Notes: generated from the letters alone by a model not told the origin. A stretch of 63,453 nucleotides of DNA, filler included, from Octopus bimaculoides (GCF_001194135.2; 6 parts of 5 records of this genome joined end to end with filler, not necessarily neighbours in it), one strand, 5' to 3'. Counted from the whole stretch's first letter, positions 12,400 through 26,253 are shown. A program made the numbers and translations.

Positions 12400-13700
12400 A
12401 GTTTTGCTAGGATAACTTGTTATTAGGGTAATTATCTTTAAAACTCCTAGACTTATTTTTATTACGTATAAAGGGATATAAAGAACGGTTACCTCCCTTA
12501 CGCTGCAAAGTTACAATTTTTCGATTTAGTGTAGTTATTCGAACTAAAATTTAAATTGCTATTACAGTTATGACGTGTTTTCATGTCCCGATTAATAGAG
12601 GTAGAATTAATGTCAATAGGGTTAATATAAGTAATCTTTTTTCTTTATAGCCTGCTTTAAGTAAGTCAGATTTAAAAATTCGGCTTTATCGTTAAATATA
12701 TCAACATAAGCAGATAATCTAGAATGTCTAAGGGAAATATTTCTAACTAAATTCCGTATAATAGCCTTTGAGTGATTACTGAAAAAGCTAATATATATTA
12801 AATTAATTGATGGTTTATGGTATGGGAAATACGAATCATTGCATAAGTTAAGGGTAATATCCAAAAAGTTGGCTTTAGTTATATCATCATTGAAATCAAT
12901 GCTTAAGCCCATGTTTCGGAAAAATTTACCCAACCTATTTTTTACCCTTTGAAAGTTTTGGTTAGAAACATTTTGAAGGCTAGAAACAATCAACACGATA
13001 TAAACTTACATTGATGTTTGGGAATTGGTCAGCCATCGCATAAAGAATATATATATCGACCAAATCAGCCGATTGTGCTGAGTCAGAACTTGCCATCGTG
13101 ATATCAAAAGCGTATCTTTACGGACCCATAGTTTGTTTTCAAATCCAATGATTGATTTTCTTGCAGCTAACACCACATTAATTTCATCCCGGTTGAGATC
13201 TGCTTTGTTGTGTACAAACCAAATGCTTTCTTGAGTACAATTGAGTTAATGGAGGAATATTAACTAGAAATACTGAACTGTATAAACTTAGTGCACTTCT
13301 TGTTATTAATAGAATTAAACCAGTCGACCACTTGGTTTATTAGACCATAAATTAAGCTTTAATTTTTTAAATAAAGAAGGAATATATTTATCTAGAACAG
13401 TTTTGCTAAGTACACCGATATCAGAGCTAGAAGTACAAATAAGTCGTAAGTTTGGGTTATTAAAAATTTGGTTTGTGGTCTTTTAAAATGGAATGGAATA
13501 TTCTATCTAGATCCTTCCCGTATGACAAAGGTAAATCTTTTTGTTCGCTTCTTAAAGAAGAACAATTTCTCATCCTCTTCTCTAACAATACTCTTATAAA
13601 CACGTTTAAAGAACCCGTTTACCGCTGGAAACATTGGCAAAAACATACCTTTAGTTCCTATAGGTAATTTCTATAATCTATAAAATTCGACCTTTAGCAG
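12400..13700 (-). pseudogene. Penelope-like element reverse transcriptase remnant with stops and frameshifts
   Basis: Motifs in order: NNPNLRLICTSSSDIG, VVDWFNSINNK, ARKSI, FDITMASSDSAQSADLVDIYIL, LYRVDCF (decayed YRDD), FLDITLNL..YFPYHKP, SNH. Confidence 0.85.
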
Positions 13701-14204
13701 TCTTCCTGCATTTCATTTCCACTACATATATCTCTTTCCACGCTTTAAAGTTTTATTCCCATTCACATGTCCCACTATGTTTCTCCACTCTTAATTTTCT
13801 GTTAATTTCTTTTTATTCTCCGCCTTCTCTTTCTCTAAATTACCTTTGACGTTAAATCTATTAACGTTTTTTTATAAAAATAACTTGCCAATGTTTCCCT
13901 TCATCATATACTCGGTAATCACATTTGGTTAAAATGGGTTATTGATTTGTTTTGTTTCTCTTTTTTTCTTCCTGACGAGATGACTGCATTGTTCTACATA
14001 ATTTTATTCTTTCCGGAATAATATCGATGCTTTCTTCGAAATCTATGTCGGAAGTATAAAGATTTGAATAACATCTGCGTTTAACTCCATTTCTTAATCT
14101 ATATATTTATCAGTCTCTCTCTCTCTCTCTCTCTNNNNNNNNNNATATATGTATGTATGTATGTATACATTTATACATGTATATATTTATATATGTATAT
14201 ATTT

Positions 14205-14418
14205 GTGCATGTGTGTTTCTGTTTGTCCCCCGCCACCGCTTACCAACAGACGCTGGTGTGTTTATGACCCCGTAACCAAGTGGTTCGGCCAATGAGACCG
14301 ATAGAATAAGTACTAGGCTTAAAAAGAATCATGCCTGGGGTCGATTTCTTCTAGTAGAAACACTTTTAATGCGGTGCTCCAGCATGGCCTCATTCAAATT
14401 ACTGAAACAAGTAAAAGT
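14205..14418 (+). mobile_element. SINE group C
   Basis: gagaccgatagaataagtactaggctt...gcggtgctccagcatggcc...tgaaacaagtaaaag. Confidence 0.8.
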
Positions 14419-14913
14419 CTAACAGAAGATATGTTCGAATATTTTCTCGTAGAAGAGACAGAATCCTTCAAAACTTCGATTTAAAAAATAACAGCCATAA
14501 ATGTAACATGTATAAGATGAGAAATGTATTTTAAATATTTTCACCAGTAAAAAACATGAGATTGTTTGAGCAGGGAGTAATGCATATGCGCACAAAATAG
14601 CAGAAGATACTGGAACCAAGCCGTAATTATATCATTGATTGAATAAATTGCTGTTCTTAAAACTTGTCTTATTTTTGCTTACAAAACCGAGCGCAATTTT
14701 CGGCCCACACAATATTTCATATATATAGTCAATACTGTTGTTTACCAACTAATACTTCCACTGTCCACACTAGTTTGTTTATTTCATTAACGCATATACA
14801 ACACGGACTTCATGTTCTTTACATATTTCCTTGTCGATGAATCTGGTACGTAATGTTTAATAGAGTCGTTCACCAAAATTATTGGCAGTCATATCAGATT
14901 CATTGACAAGTAT

Positions 14914-15530
14914 ACTTTTCTATTCTAGGCACAAGACCCGAAATTTTTGTAGAGGGGGCCAGTGGATTAGATCGACCCCAGTGCGCAACTGGTACTTAAT
15001 TTATCGACCCCGAAACGATGAAAGAGAAAGTCGACCTCGGCGGAATTTGAACTCAGAACGTAAAGATAGACGAAATGCCGTTCAGCATTTCGCCCGGCTT
15101 GCTAGCGTTTCTTATTTCTTTGTTGTCCACAAGGGGCTAAAGATAGAGAGGACAAACACGGACATACAAAGTGATTAAGTCGATTACATCGACCCCAGTG
15201 CGCAACTGGTACTTAATTTATCGACCCCGAAACGATGAAAGGCAAAGTCGACCTCAGCGGAATTTGAACTCAGAACATAAAGACAGACGAAATACCTATT
15301 TCTTTACTGCCCACAAGGGGCTACACACAGAGGGGACAAACAAGGACAGACAAACGGATTAAAACGATTATATCGACCCCAGTGCATAACTGGTACTTAA
15401 TTTATCGACCCCGAAAGGATGAAAGGCAAAGTCGACCTCGGCGGAATTTGAACTCAGAACGCAGTGGCAGACGAAATACCGCTAAGCATTTCGCCCGGCG
15501 TGCTAACCGTTTCTGCCAGCTCGTCACGTT
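14914..15530 (-). mobile_element. SINE A/B trimer
   Basis: Three cores with junctions at 15112/15113 and about 15296; outer TSD attcattgRYaagtat at 14898-14913 and 15881-15896. Confidence 0.9.
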
Positions 15531-15540
15531 ATTCATTGGT

Positions 15541-15880
15541 CGTGGCACTCCGTCAGTTACAACGACGAGGGTTCCAGTTTATCCGATCAACGGAACAGAC
15601 TGCAAGTGGCTGAGCACTCCAGAGATATGTGTTCCCTTAACGTATTTGTCGGGGAGATTCAGCGTGACACAGTGTGCAAAGGCTGGCCCTTCAAAATACA
15701 GATACAATAGAAACAGTGAGAGGAGGTTGTGGCGAAAGAGGACAGCAAGGTTCACCCCCTGCCGGAGCCTCGTGGAACTTCAGGTATTTTCGCTCAATAA
15801 AAACTCACAACGCCCGGTCTGGCAATCGAAACGGCGATCCTACGACCGCGAGTCCGCTGCCCTAAGCACTGGGACGCCAC
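15541..15880 (-). mobile_element. SINE group H, full length, inserted in the trimer's TSD
   Basis: tRNA-like head on minus (gcttagggcagcggactcgcggtcgtagg...ttcgattgcc); 10-bp TSD attcattggt at 15531-15540 and 15881-15890. Confidence 0.85.
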
Positions 15881-16991
15881 ATTCATTGGTAAGTATTACA
15901 TCAATAATAGTAGCAACTGAGTTAAAAATATATAATTTTGCAAAGGGTATTGTACTGAAAGATACGATTAAATAATCTACAATAATCTATTCAAAACATG
16001 TCATAAACGAATTTCCGCTGGTTTTAATATGCACTCCGTCATGCTATCTGCAATTTATGGCTACTTCGTTCATTGTAACTATAATTCATTACTGTTTAGC
16101 TATATAGATATACACAAAAAATTAGTTTCTGCTCAGAAAACTAAAACAAAAGCTTTAATCTTCTTGTCAGTTCATATCTTACGAATATTTTATGCTGCTC
16201 CTCAGGATAAAATGTTGCTGAAGTCAGAATTGCAATATAAGTTAAAATTTATCGGATAAAAATAATATTGTTGAGTACATTCACTTGTAGAAGTAGTTGT
16301 AGTAATTTATGCGAGGTTTTAACTAATATGCTCCGGAAATACCTTCCTAACTGCAAACCCAATATTTCTTGCAAACGTAATGTGAATAATTCATTATCCC
16401 GCGTGAATTATAATCCTTTATGTTATTTATCTCAGTGGTAAAGTTATTGCTCCTCGATTAATTATTTATAAGGACGAATCTCTGTATTAACTGTCTACTA
16501 TTCATAGTTATTGAAATTTATTTGTTTAAAAGTGAGGGTGACCACGGTGTATCAATATTCCTACGAGATTAACACTCGACTCTGTTCAATTTATGTTTGT
16601 ATATAATCATGACCTTTACTCAGCTAACATACATGAGAACATTACGAATATCAAACTGTATGCCTTTCCATTCATTTAAAAATAATTAACGCACTCATAG
16701 GTGTTACGGTGGGTATACCTTTTCTTTTCATCTGTTATTCAAATGATATTTTGTGATTCTACGAGCATGGAGAGTAGATTGATCTCAGTATAATATACTG
16801 TTAGCTTGTACATTGTCAGAATCTCGAAGGACCAATGTAACTTGAAGAGAACCTGAGTATCTAGGAAGTTCTAAAAATTATCTACATTTGATTTCTAAAA
16901 ACACTTTACAGAGCCAATTATCAACTCCCAAGTATTATAACTTTAACTATGAAATCTAGCACGCGACGCATGGCAAATTTTCGCAAATATT

Positions 16992-17197
16992 TATTTCTTT
17001 TTTGCTCGCAGGTGGCTAAACATAGAGGGGGAAAAGAAGGACAGATAAAGGGAATAAGTCCATTACATTAACCTCTGTGCATAACTGGTACTTATTTAAT
17101 CGACCCCGAAAAGATGAAAGGCAAAGTCAACCTCGGCGGAATTTAAACGAAGAACGTATCGGCAGACGAAATACCGCTCAGCATTTCTCCCAAATAC
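16992..17197 (-). mobile_element. 5'-truncated B-tail SINE with 14-bp TSD
   Basis: ttttcgcaaatatt at 16978-16991 and 17198-17211. Confidence 0.85.
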
Positions 17198-17499
17198 TTT
17201 TCGCAAATATTGCACAGTATCATTGTATTCTCTAATGAGGCTTCTGAGCGCAAAACATTAAGCAGCCCTTTCATCTAAACACCTAACACAGCTAATTTGT
17301 AGTCTTCTCAACGTATGAACCAATTTTGAAAGATTCACTGTGAAGATATAATTCATCGCGTAGAATATAGCGGTCTCAATAAACACTTTTCTTAATAAAA
17401 AAGATGCTTGTATTTTAAATTTGTCACGTGGGTTATGTCTCATTATATCTAAACGTGCAGTACTAAATCTAACATTTCAAATATGTTTATACATTATGC

Positions 17500-17780
17500 G
17501 GAAATCTACAAAAACAAACCAGCCTAGATTAGTCAACAGATCCACTCCTATTTTATTGCAAGACAACGCTTGACCACACATCGCCAAACTGACCTTGGCG
17601 AAAATACAGGAGTTGGAGTTGGAAGTTCTCCATCATCCACCATACTCACCTGATCTTGTTCCCACTCACTATCACTGCTTCCAAAGTTTGGATAACATTT
17701 TGATAGGAAAAAAACTTAAATCCGACAATGCTGTAAAACAGGCCTTCCAAGATTTTATTGACTCTAGATTGCCAGATTTA
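17500..17780 (+). pseudogene. Mariner transposase C-terminal fragment
   Basis: ILLQDNA*PH and HPPYSPDLVPTHYHCFQSL; the third catalytic Asp is replaced by His. Confidence 0.9.
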
Positions 17781-18354
17781 AAATATTTGGTGAATATTCA
17801 TATTATTTAATTGTCAAAACTAATACAAATTAGCCGATTAAAGCTTCCATAGATAAATAATCATAATTGTATATACGTATACTTTAATATTGCAGTAAAG
17901 AAAACATCGCCTGGAACATTAAATAAATGTATGATAATTGTTTGCGTGGCTTGTGACTTTGCAATATTCGAAATTCATTTTACGTGGCTCATATATGAAG
18001 CAAATATGTTCAATTTTGATATAGAGTAATACATTAAGGCATCTCATTATTTTTTGAAAGAAAGTGAGCACCGACTCTCCGAGAATGTACTACATATCTT
18101 GAATAAGCTGGTATGGAACCCTTCCAGGAGAGAAACCACCATTTCTGAAATTATCATTAAAATATCTATTCTGTATATGCAATACTAAACCAGTTGAGAA
18201 TAAACATCTTCTTCCTACATCAATCCCCTCTCGTATATGTATTGCATTTTCTACCGAATTGCAGTTCTACCGTATGAAGGATGTATTCTTCAGACAAGCT
18301 GAGTATTTTCCTGTAATTTGATTCCCAACTTGAGGAATCTATTTGTTTTCTGAG

Positions 18355-18445
18355 AGTAGATTCACAAGTATCTAAAATGTATCTAAGTAGATTCACAAGT
18401 ATCTAAAATGTATCTAAGTAGATTCACAAGTATCTAAAAGTATCC
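18355..18445. repeat. 31-bp tandem repeat x3
   Basis: Unit agtagattcacaagtatctaaaatgtatcta. Confidence 0.9.
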
Positions 18446-19158
18446 ATCGCAAATTCCTTTTACATAATAATAATATATTACCTACAATGTTGTATTTACT
18501 GTTGTAGCCCAGCATCCGCATCAACGGCTATTGCACATTCCTACTTTAATGGCAGTTTGCATTATATTTTCTAATGACGTCTCCCTAATTTAAGACAAAA
18601 TATTAAGGTTTCTTTGTGTTTGGGAGATATTTGGAATGAGTCGAAGTGTTATGGAGAATGGGTAGTAATATACATAAGGTCATATGAAGGGTAGCAGTAA
18701 TATCTATGTTTGGCACAAATATTTAATGCTAGTAATTTTGATAACCAGTACCTTTTTTGCAGCTTAATGTGTTAATAAAAAGGAGACGCCAATGTTGAGA
18801 GAGACAATAAAAATGGGATGTAAGTGGCTGATTCATGGATCACTCTAATGTCCCTTGTTAGTTAAGAGAATCCTAAATATTTATCGGAAGGTCAACCGAA
18901 AGAGAAGAGGAAAACAAAAGTTGAGTTGCAAGAATGAGTAATTGCTCGTTGGCAATGATATCAAGTTTGGGTGTCATCTGAGGTTGTTTGATGTTTATGA
19001 GTGTTTTATCAATTTGAGGTCTGAATTATTCATTGGAATGTAAAAAAAAAATCACTGCGATAAACATATGACCAATAAGTGATCTTTCGAGCGTCCGTTA
19101 AAGTTTAGGGCGTTTTTAGGAAACTAAATATTTATTTTCTCTTGTACGTTTACCATAT

Positions 19159-19372
19159 ATTCTTTTCTACTCTAGGAACAGGGTGCGAAGTTTTGGGGGA
19201 GGGGGCCGGTCGATGAGATCAACCCCACTACGAAACTGGTTCTCAATTTATCGGCCCCAAAAGGATGAAAAGTAGAATCGACCTCGACGGAATTTGAACT
19301 CAAAACATAAAGACAGACGAAACACTGCTAAGCATTTCGCCCGGCTCGCTAACGTTTCTGCCAGCTCGCCGC
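19159..19372 (-). mobile_element. SINE A monomer
   Basis: Full head-core-tail alignment to the other A copies. Confidence 0.85.
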
Positions 19373-20093
19373 ATTATATTTACCAGATGCTGTGTCAGTA
19401 ATGATATACCTGTCTAACCTACGTTAAGCATCAGGTATTTCGGCATACTTACCAACATTTTAAATGGAAGGGAAACAATACCAACAAACGATTTTGTTTA
19501 TACTACAAATATATGTTTTCTTAGCCAGTGTTTGATTTGAACTGCGTGTCTGTCTTAATAATGTGATTGATCTACTCATCAGTAAAACTCTTAATAGAAA
19601 AACAAATATTCACTGCCACACATCTGTTGGTGTGGATCCATATTCCTCCTTGCATGACATGAGTGTGAATACATGGATGTGTGTGTGTGCGTGTATGCAC
19701 GTACGAACTGAATTTATATCCTATGGCACTCTCATTTGTGGGTGTTTTATTATGAATATATATTTAAATTTGCCTCATTTGTTTATGCATTTATATACAA
19801 ACTGAACGACATAACGTGCAAACTATTTCAAGCTTGAATTATACACGTGATACTGTAATTAGGTTTTCAAATGTCTTCCAGAACAATGCAAAGAAAGTGC
19901 CATCCTTCAACCTTGTATAAATTTATGACACATTGATTTGTAACTAGTTTGAGATGTTCTGACACGTAAAACTCTCGGCTCTTGTGACAGCCGTAATTTC
20001 TGCTGATTATTAATAAAAACAAAGCACACCCTCTGTTTTGCTATTTCTTTATTTGTTTCATTGTTTCTTACGGTAAAAATATTGTAGGAAAAA

Positions 20094-20534
20094 GGCGGCG
20101 AGTTGGCAGAAACGTTAGCATGCCGGGCAAAATACTTAGCAAGTATTTCGTCTATCTTCACGTTCTGAGTTCAAATTCCGCCGAGGTCGACTTTGCCTTT
20201 CATCTTTTCGGGGTCGATTAAATAAGTACCAGTTACCCACTGGTGTCAATGTAATCGACGTAAACCCTTTCTTCGTCTGTCCTTGTTTGTCCCCTCTATG
20301 TTTAGCCCCTTGTGGGCAATAAAGAAATAAGAAACGTTAGCACTTCGGGCGAAATGCTTAGCGGTATTTCGTCTGTCTTTACGTTCTGAGTTCAAATTCT
20401 GTCGTGGTCGACTTTGCCTTTCATCCTTTCGGGGTCGATAAATTAAGTGCCAGTGGCGTACTGGGGTCGATCTAATCGACTGGTTCCCTCCACCAAAATT
20501 TCGGGTCTTATGCCTAGAGTAAAAATAATAATAG
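20094..20534 (+). mobile_element. SINE B-A dimer with a single 11-bp TSD
   Basis: tgtaggaaaaa at 20083-20093 and 20535-20545; junction gaaata|agaaacgttagc at 20329/20330. Confidence 0.9.
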
Positions 20535-21409
20535 TGTAGGAAAAACAAAGTCCAGCCAACTGCAGTGATGTTCATAATTGCTCCAAAATTTGCAGATCGG
20601 AACATTTACCGAGAAGGATATATTTCAATTATATTTCAATAATAGTGAATATGTGTATTCGCTGAATGTATGAGAGCTTGTTTTAAGGATGAGATGTAAA
20701 ATTGATGTAATGAGTGTCCATTCATGAAATTCGATGGAACACCCTACTTACAGCCGAAGCCGCTAGAAAAAAAAATGAAAATTTTAGCTGCAGGCTCTCT
20801 AGTCTCGGTTACGTCGCTCAACTCAGCAGTTTTCAATGGCTTGACTACCAGTATATTTTGTAAACTTGTAGAGAGTAATCATACTTGAATAAAATCCAAT
20901 GAGATGAAAAGCGAACTCGGAATTCCGAGAAAAAAATTTAGATTTTTTTATCTAAATTTCAAATCAGCGTTACAATCATTATTGTCATTTTTCTGTGTGC
21001 TGTAGATAACAATTACAATCTAAACTATGTCTGCAAAGCTAAATTTTGAGAAAGAAAAATAACGAAATTAATGAAAAAGTAAAAATCAATTTCAATAGGA
21101 AAATTTTCTAGGTGAATGACACTTTCAAAATTGAACAAAAAATCGGGGAGGTGTAACAACTAATTTAGGGTGAAAAGTAAAACAAGATTTAATATTGGTT
21201 CAGTAATATAGATTGACACAGTTTGAAATTCGACATTTCAGAAAAATTTACAAATATTTTAAATCACAAGTCAGTACCAATTAAAGAAAAGATGTACAAC
21301 TCTGTACATTTCTAGACAGTGATGTCATGTATAAATAAATATTTATTCATCAGTAATTAACATATATGCATACATACAGAGAAACACAGAAAATCCCAAA
21401 CATGCATAT

Positions 21410-21880
<471 letters not shown>

Positions 21881-22517
21881 TTGTATGTATGAATGCATGT
21901 GTGTATAAATAGAATTGTGGGCTTATGAGTAAGCACACCCTTATACATACATTCACAGTCACACACGCACGCACGCACACTAATAGATACATTTGTGCAC
22001 ATAACACATATGTATGCATTCCGTAGTCAATGTGTTGACCATTGAAATGGAAGCATAAATATTTATGACTGAATTATTTCGTTTGAGGTAAATTTGATCG
22101 AATGATTGATATTAAAATCAAATTATCTTGCAACATAAATCTGTTACCTCTTAAAAGGAAACTTTGGAGAAAAAGGTAAAAGAAACATAACAAATATAGA
22201 TTCATAAATTTGATAAATCAGATGCTGAGAAAGAAAAAAAAGCTGAATGTTAATATATTTACACCTGACAAAGCGGTATGAATATTTATAAGGATAAACA
22301 AGTTGTCATTGCCGATAACTCACATTAGAAAGGTATTACATATGCAGAAACATTTGGAAAGCAAATAAATATTAATTGGAGTAAATACACACAAACAAAC
22401 ACACATATACACACATATGTATAAATAGGCGCAAAAAGCATACATAAAGCATATATGTATTCATGCATAATAGCTATGTATGTATATATATATGTATATA
22501 TATATATATATATATAT

Positions 22518-22617
22518 NNNNNNNNNNNNNNNNNNNNNNNNNNNNNNNNNNNNNNNNNNNNTTAATTAATTAANNNNNNNNNNNNNNNNNNNNNNNNNNN
22601 NNNNNNNNNNNNNNNNN
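22518..22617. other. Artificial scaffold spacer N44-TTAATTAATTAA-N44
   Basis: Identical 100-bp construct at 30608, 40758, 46579 and 54347. Confidence 0.95.
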
Positions 22618-22656
<39 letters not shown>

Positions 22657-24214
22657 ATCCTAATCTTTACCTTAGGGAGAAACACTCATAAAGAGTGTGA
22701 AAACGAAAGCTCAAATATAAATATTCCATTTGTAGTCACACACAATTCTAGAAAACACATCTTAACATTCGGCCAAAAGACAGTTTGCAATTCTACATCA
22801 GTCGTCGAATGTGTGACAAATAATTAAAGAAACACTAATTATCTACAGCCAAAAACAACAATCATATCTCAAATGTTTCCTAACAAAGGTGAGATTCACA
22901 TCAGAGAAAGAAATAATGTACATAAGGTGTGGAGAGCATTATTATAGAGTATGTGAAGTAATCAAAACGACCATTTGATTCAAGAACGGGAAGGAATTGA
23001 AGATGAATACAAACATAAATTACAAGACAAAAAAAAAATGCCATCTGCATCACGTATCCACAGTGTAATGAGAATTATATAGGAGAAACTCGATCATAAT
23101 TACCCAGCCGTGTGATAGTTCAAAAACAGCAAATAAAAGATTCATCTCTTTAAAATGTTCCATGTAGTGAAATCTAGATATTTATGCAAATGGAGAATTC
23201 AAAATATTTCCTTTTTCCGAAGTAAAATAAGAAAATGATCGACTACAAAACATAAAAAGCAGAATAATTTATAAGAATACTGAATCCCAAATTAAACCGG
23301 AAGTTGTCGACATCATTACTGAAAACAACAGCCGATCTGCTTTAAGTACGCCATAATAAGCCTCAGAATATTTTTTTTAGATTTTTCGAATTTTCAGAAG
23401 TTTTTGCGAATTTGTATTCTGCACACAGGAATTCACACGACTATGGAAAAAAAAATTTTTTTTTAACATTTTTTAAATTAAAAAAAAAAAAAATTATTTT
23501 TCGTTATTTTTTCTTTTTTTTTTTCTTTTTAAATCACGGTTTAAAATACGGGCAATCCGAGCAATAGACCATTGAATGCGTTTACAGAAAGAAAGATTTT
23601 GAAAAANNNNNNNNNNNNNNNNNNNNNNNNNNNNNNNNNNNNNNNNNNNNNNNNNNNNNNNNNNNNNNNNNNNNNNNNNNNNNNNNNNNNNNNNNNNNNN
23701 NNNNNNNNNNNNNNNNNNNNNNNNNNNNNNNNNNNNNNNNNNNNNNNNNNNNNNNNNNNNNNNNNNNNNNNNNNNNNNNNNNNNNNNNNNNNNNNNNNNN
23801 NNNNNNNNNNNNNNNNNNNNNNNNNNNNNNNNNNNNNNNNNNNNNNNNNNNNNNNNNNNNNNNNNNNNGAATGCCCATGTGTAGAACACAAATCGCAAAT
23901 AATTTCTGAAAATTTGAAGAAACAAAAACGTTATGTGGTGTTATATGTCATACGTAAAGGAGAATTCTGCCAAAACAACATGCTCTATACAGATTAACTT
24001 AAAACATGTGTTTGGAAATTTGAACAACAGAAGCACTTAACGCAATACAGACAAGAAGAAAACCTTTTTCCAAAAGGTTCGTGTCAATCTGGTTCTCATA
24101 AAGTTTTTAAGAAGTTAATAGCATTTTACAAAATCCTTCTTTAAACTGTATCAAATACAATACTTTTTGCAAAACCTTTGGTTGTTTATATATGTATATA
24201 TATATATATATTCT

Positions 24215-24400
24215 ATTGACTGTAGCTATGCGGGAGCACCACCTTAAAAGGGTTTTTAGTCGAAGAAGTTACCCCCAGGACTTATTGTTTGTAAGCCTAT
24301 TACTTATTCTATCGGGCTCTTTTGTCGAATCGCTAAGTTACAAGGATGTAAACACACCAACATCGGTTATCAAGCTATGGGGTGGGGTCAAATACAGACT
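24215..24400 (-). mobile_element. SINE group C
   Basis: ggagcaccacc...ccccaggacttatt...gtaaacacaccaacatcgg. Confidence 0.8.
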
Positions 24401-24744
24401 CAAAGTAGCACTCAAAAATATATGCATATATGTGTGTGTGTGTATGTGTTCCTATAATGATAAGCGGTACATGGTCTAGTGGTTAAAAGTGCTTCACTCA
24501 CGATCACCATCAGAAATGTAGTGAACCTATGACTGGCAACTTGGAGTTCAAATCTCTGTGGGACTGACTTTAACTTCCCTTTTCCTTTAACCATATGATA
24601 AGCATTAGTTATGTGTTGAGATTAATTAGATCAATCCCACTCTTTCTATAAAATGCATTGCCTTGTGGCTATGTGAGAAACCATGATAATGATCATTATT
24701 ATTACAGTATTTTGGATGTTTTATGTGGATCACTGATAGTTACC

Positions 24745-26169
24745 ATTTTCTCAAGAGGCTCTAAATGATTTGTGCAGGGATCTCTATTTAACCAAAGAGA
24801 AAAGTGAGTTTCTGGCATCAAGGCTTCAAGAATGTAATCTTCTTGAGAAAGGAGTGAAAATAATACTGTACAGAAAACGTACAGAGGATCTGCTTGCATT
24901 ATTCACCATAAAAGATGACTTATGCTTTTGTATTGACATCACTGAACTTTTTGAGCAACTGGAAATACCATATGATAAAACCAACTGGCGACATTTCATA
25001 GATGCATCCAAGGACAGCATCAAAGCTGTTCTGATACACACTAGTAACACTCAGCCTTCTGTTCCCATAGCTTATAGCACAACCAAGAAAGATTCATATG
25101 AAAATCTGAAAGCAATTCTAACAAGCATACAGTATGATGACCATACCTGGCATATTTGTGCAGATTTTAAGGTTGTGACCATGCTTACTGGCCTTCAACT
25201 TGGCTATACTAAATTTTGCTGCTTCCTGTGCTTATGGAATTCTAGAGCATGAGCTGAACATTATGTACGCAAGGATTGGTCGATCCGAGATGAAACTGAG
25301 CAAGGTAAACACAGCATCATGCACAAACCACTTGTGAAAAGTGATAGAATTTTTTTACCACCTTCGCATATTAAACTTGGTTTGTTTAAGCAATTTGTGA
25401 AAGCCTTGGACAAGGAATCCTTCGCATTTGCATATCTTGCAGAAAAGTTCCCTCTCTTGAGTCAAACTAAAATTAAAGGTTTCTTCATAGGTCCCCAAAT
25501 TCGAAAAATTGTACTTGATGAAACCTTCATCACACATCTCTAGAGAAAAGAGAAGCTTGCCTTTCAGTCATTGAGGAAAGTTTGCGATAACTTCCTGGGC
25601 AACCATCGTTCAGAAGACTATGTGCAAGTTGTGAATGATCTGCTGAGTCATGATCATGATATGGGATGTAACACGTCTCTAAAGGTTCATGTGCTTCACT
25701 CTCATTTGGATTTTTTTGCGAAAAAACTTGGTGATGTGAGTAATGAACATGGCGAAAGATTCCTTCAGGATATTTCAGTGATGGAGCGACGATTCAAAGG
25801 AAAATGGAACCCTAGCATGTTGGCAGACTATTGCTGGGGTATAAAAAAAAGATCACACTCCGCACAAGAGGCTTAGAAGGACAAAAGTTGTTTAAACTGA
25901 CAGGTGTGTTTTTAATTCATAACCAATATATGTCTTGTTATACCAACTAAAGTTTTGTTTTGTTTTTTTGTAACTTTCAATATTTGCAATGTTGTGTTCA
26001 ATACGCAATATTATGCAGTATATTATAAATCATATGGTCCATGGTACAGGAAAACGGTGCCTAATCTGGAGTAATAAAGGTCAGAATCAGAATCAGGACA
26101 ATTTTCTGACCCAGAAACAAGTCTTAGTTAACTTGTACTTTTTTTGCACCTGAAATTTTTTGCACAGTG
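24745..26169 (+). mobile_element. CMC-superfamily (Chapaev3-like) DNA transposon relic; transposase frame about 24745-25876 with two in-frame stops
   Basis: ALNDLCRDL, FIDASK, ICADFKV, GYTKFCCFLCLW, LPPSHIKLGL, HSHLDFF, EHGERF, MLADYCW; ORFs 24770, 25319 and 25571 share one frame; right end reads ...GCACAGTG at 26169. Confidence 0.8.
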
Positions 26170-26253
26170 ATATCAGAGAATATTTGGCTATTTCGTGATT
26201 GTAAGTTAGAAGTGCACGCACATAAATACAAACACGCACGAACGCGCGCACGT

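Noticed and set aside
18000-18800. Possible second PLE RT remnant on minus
   Set aside because: Only vague motif resemblance; needs a profile search.
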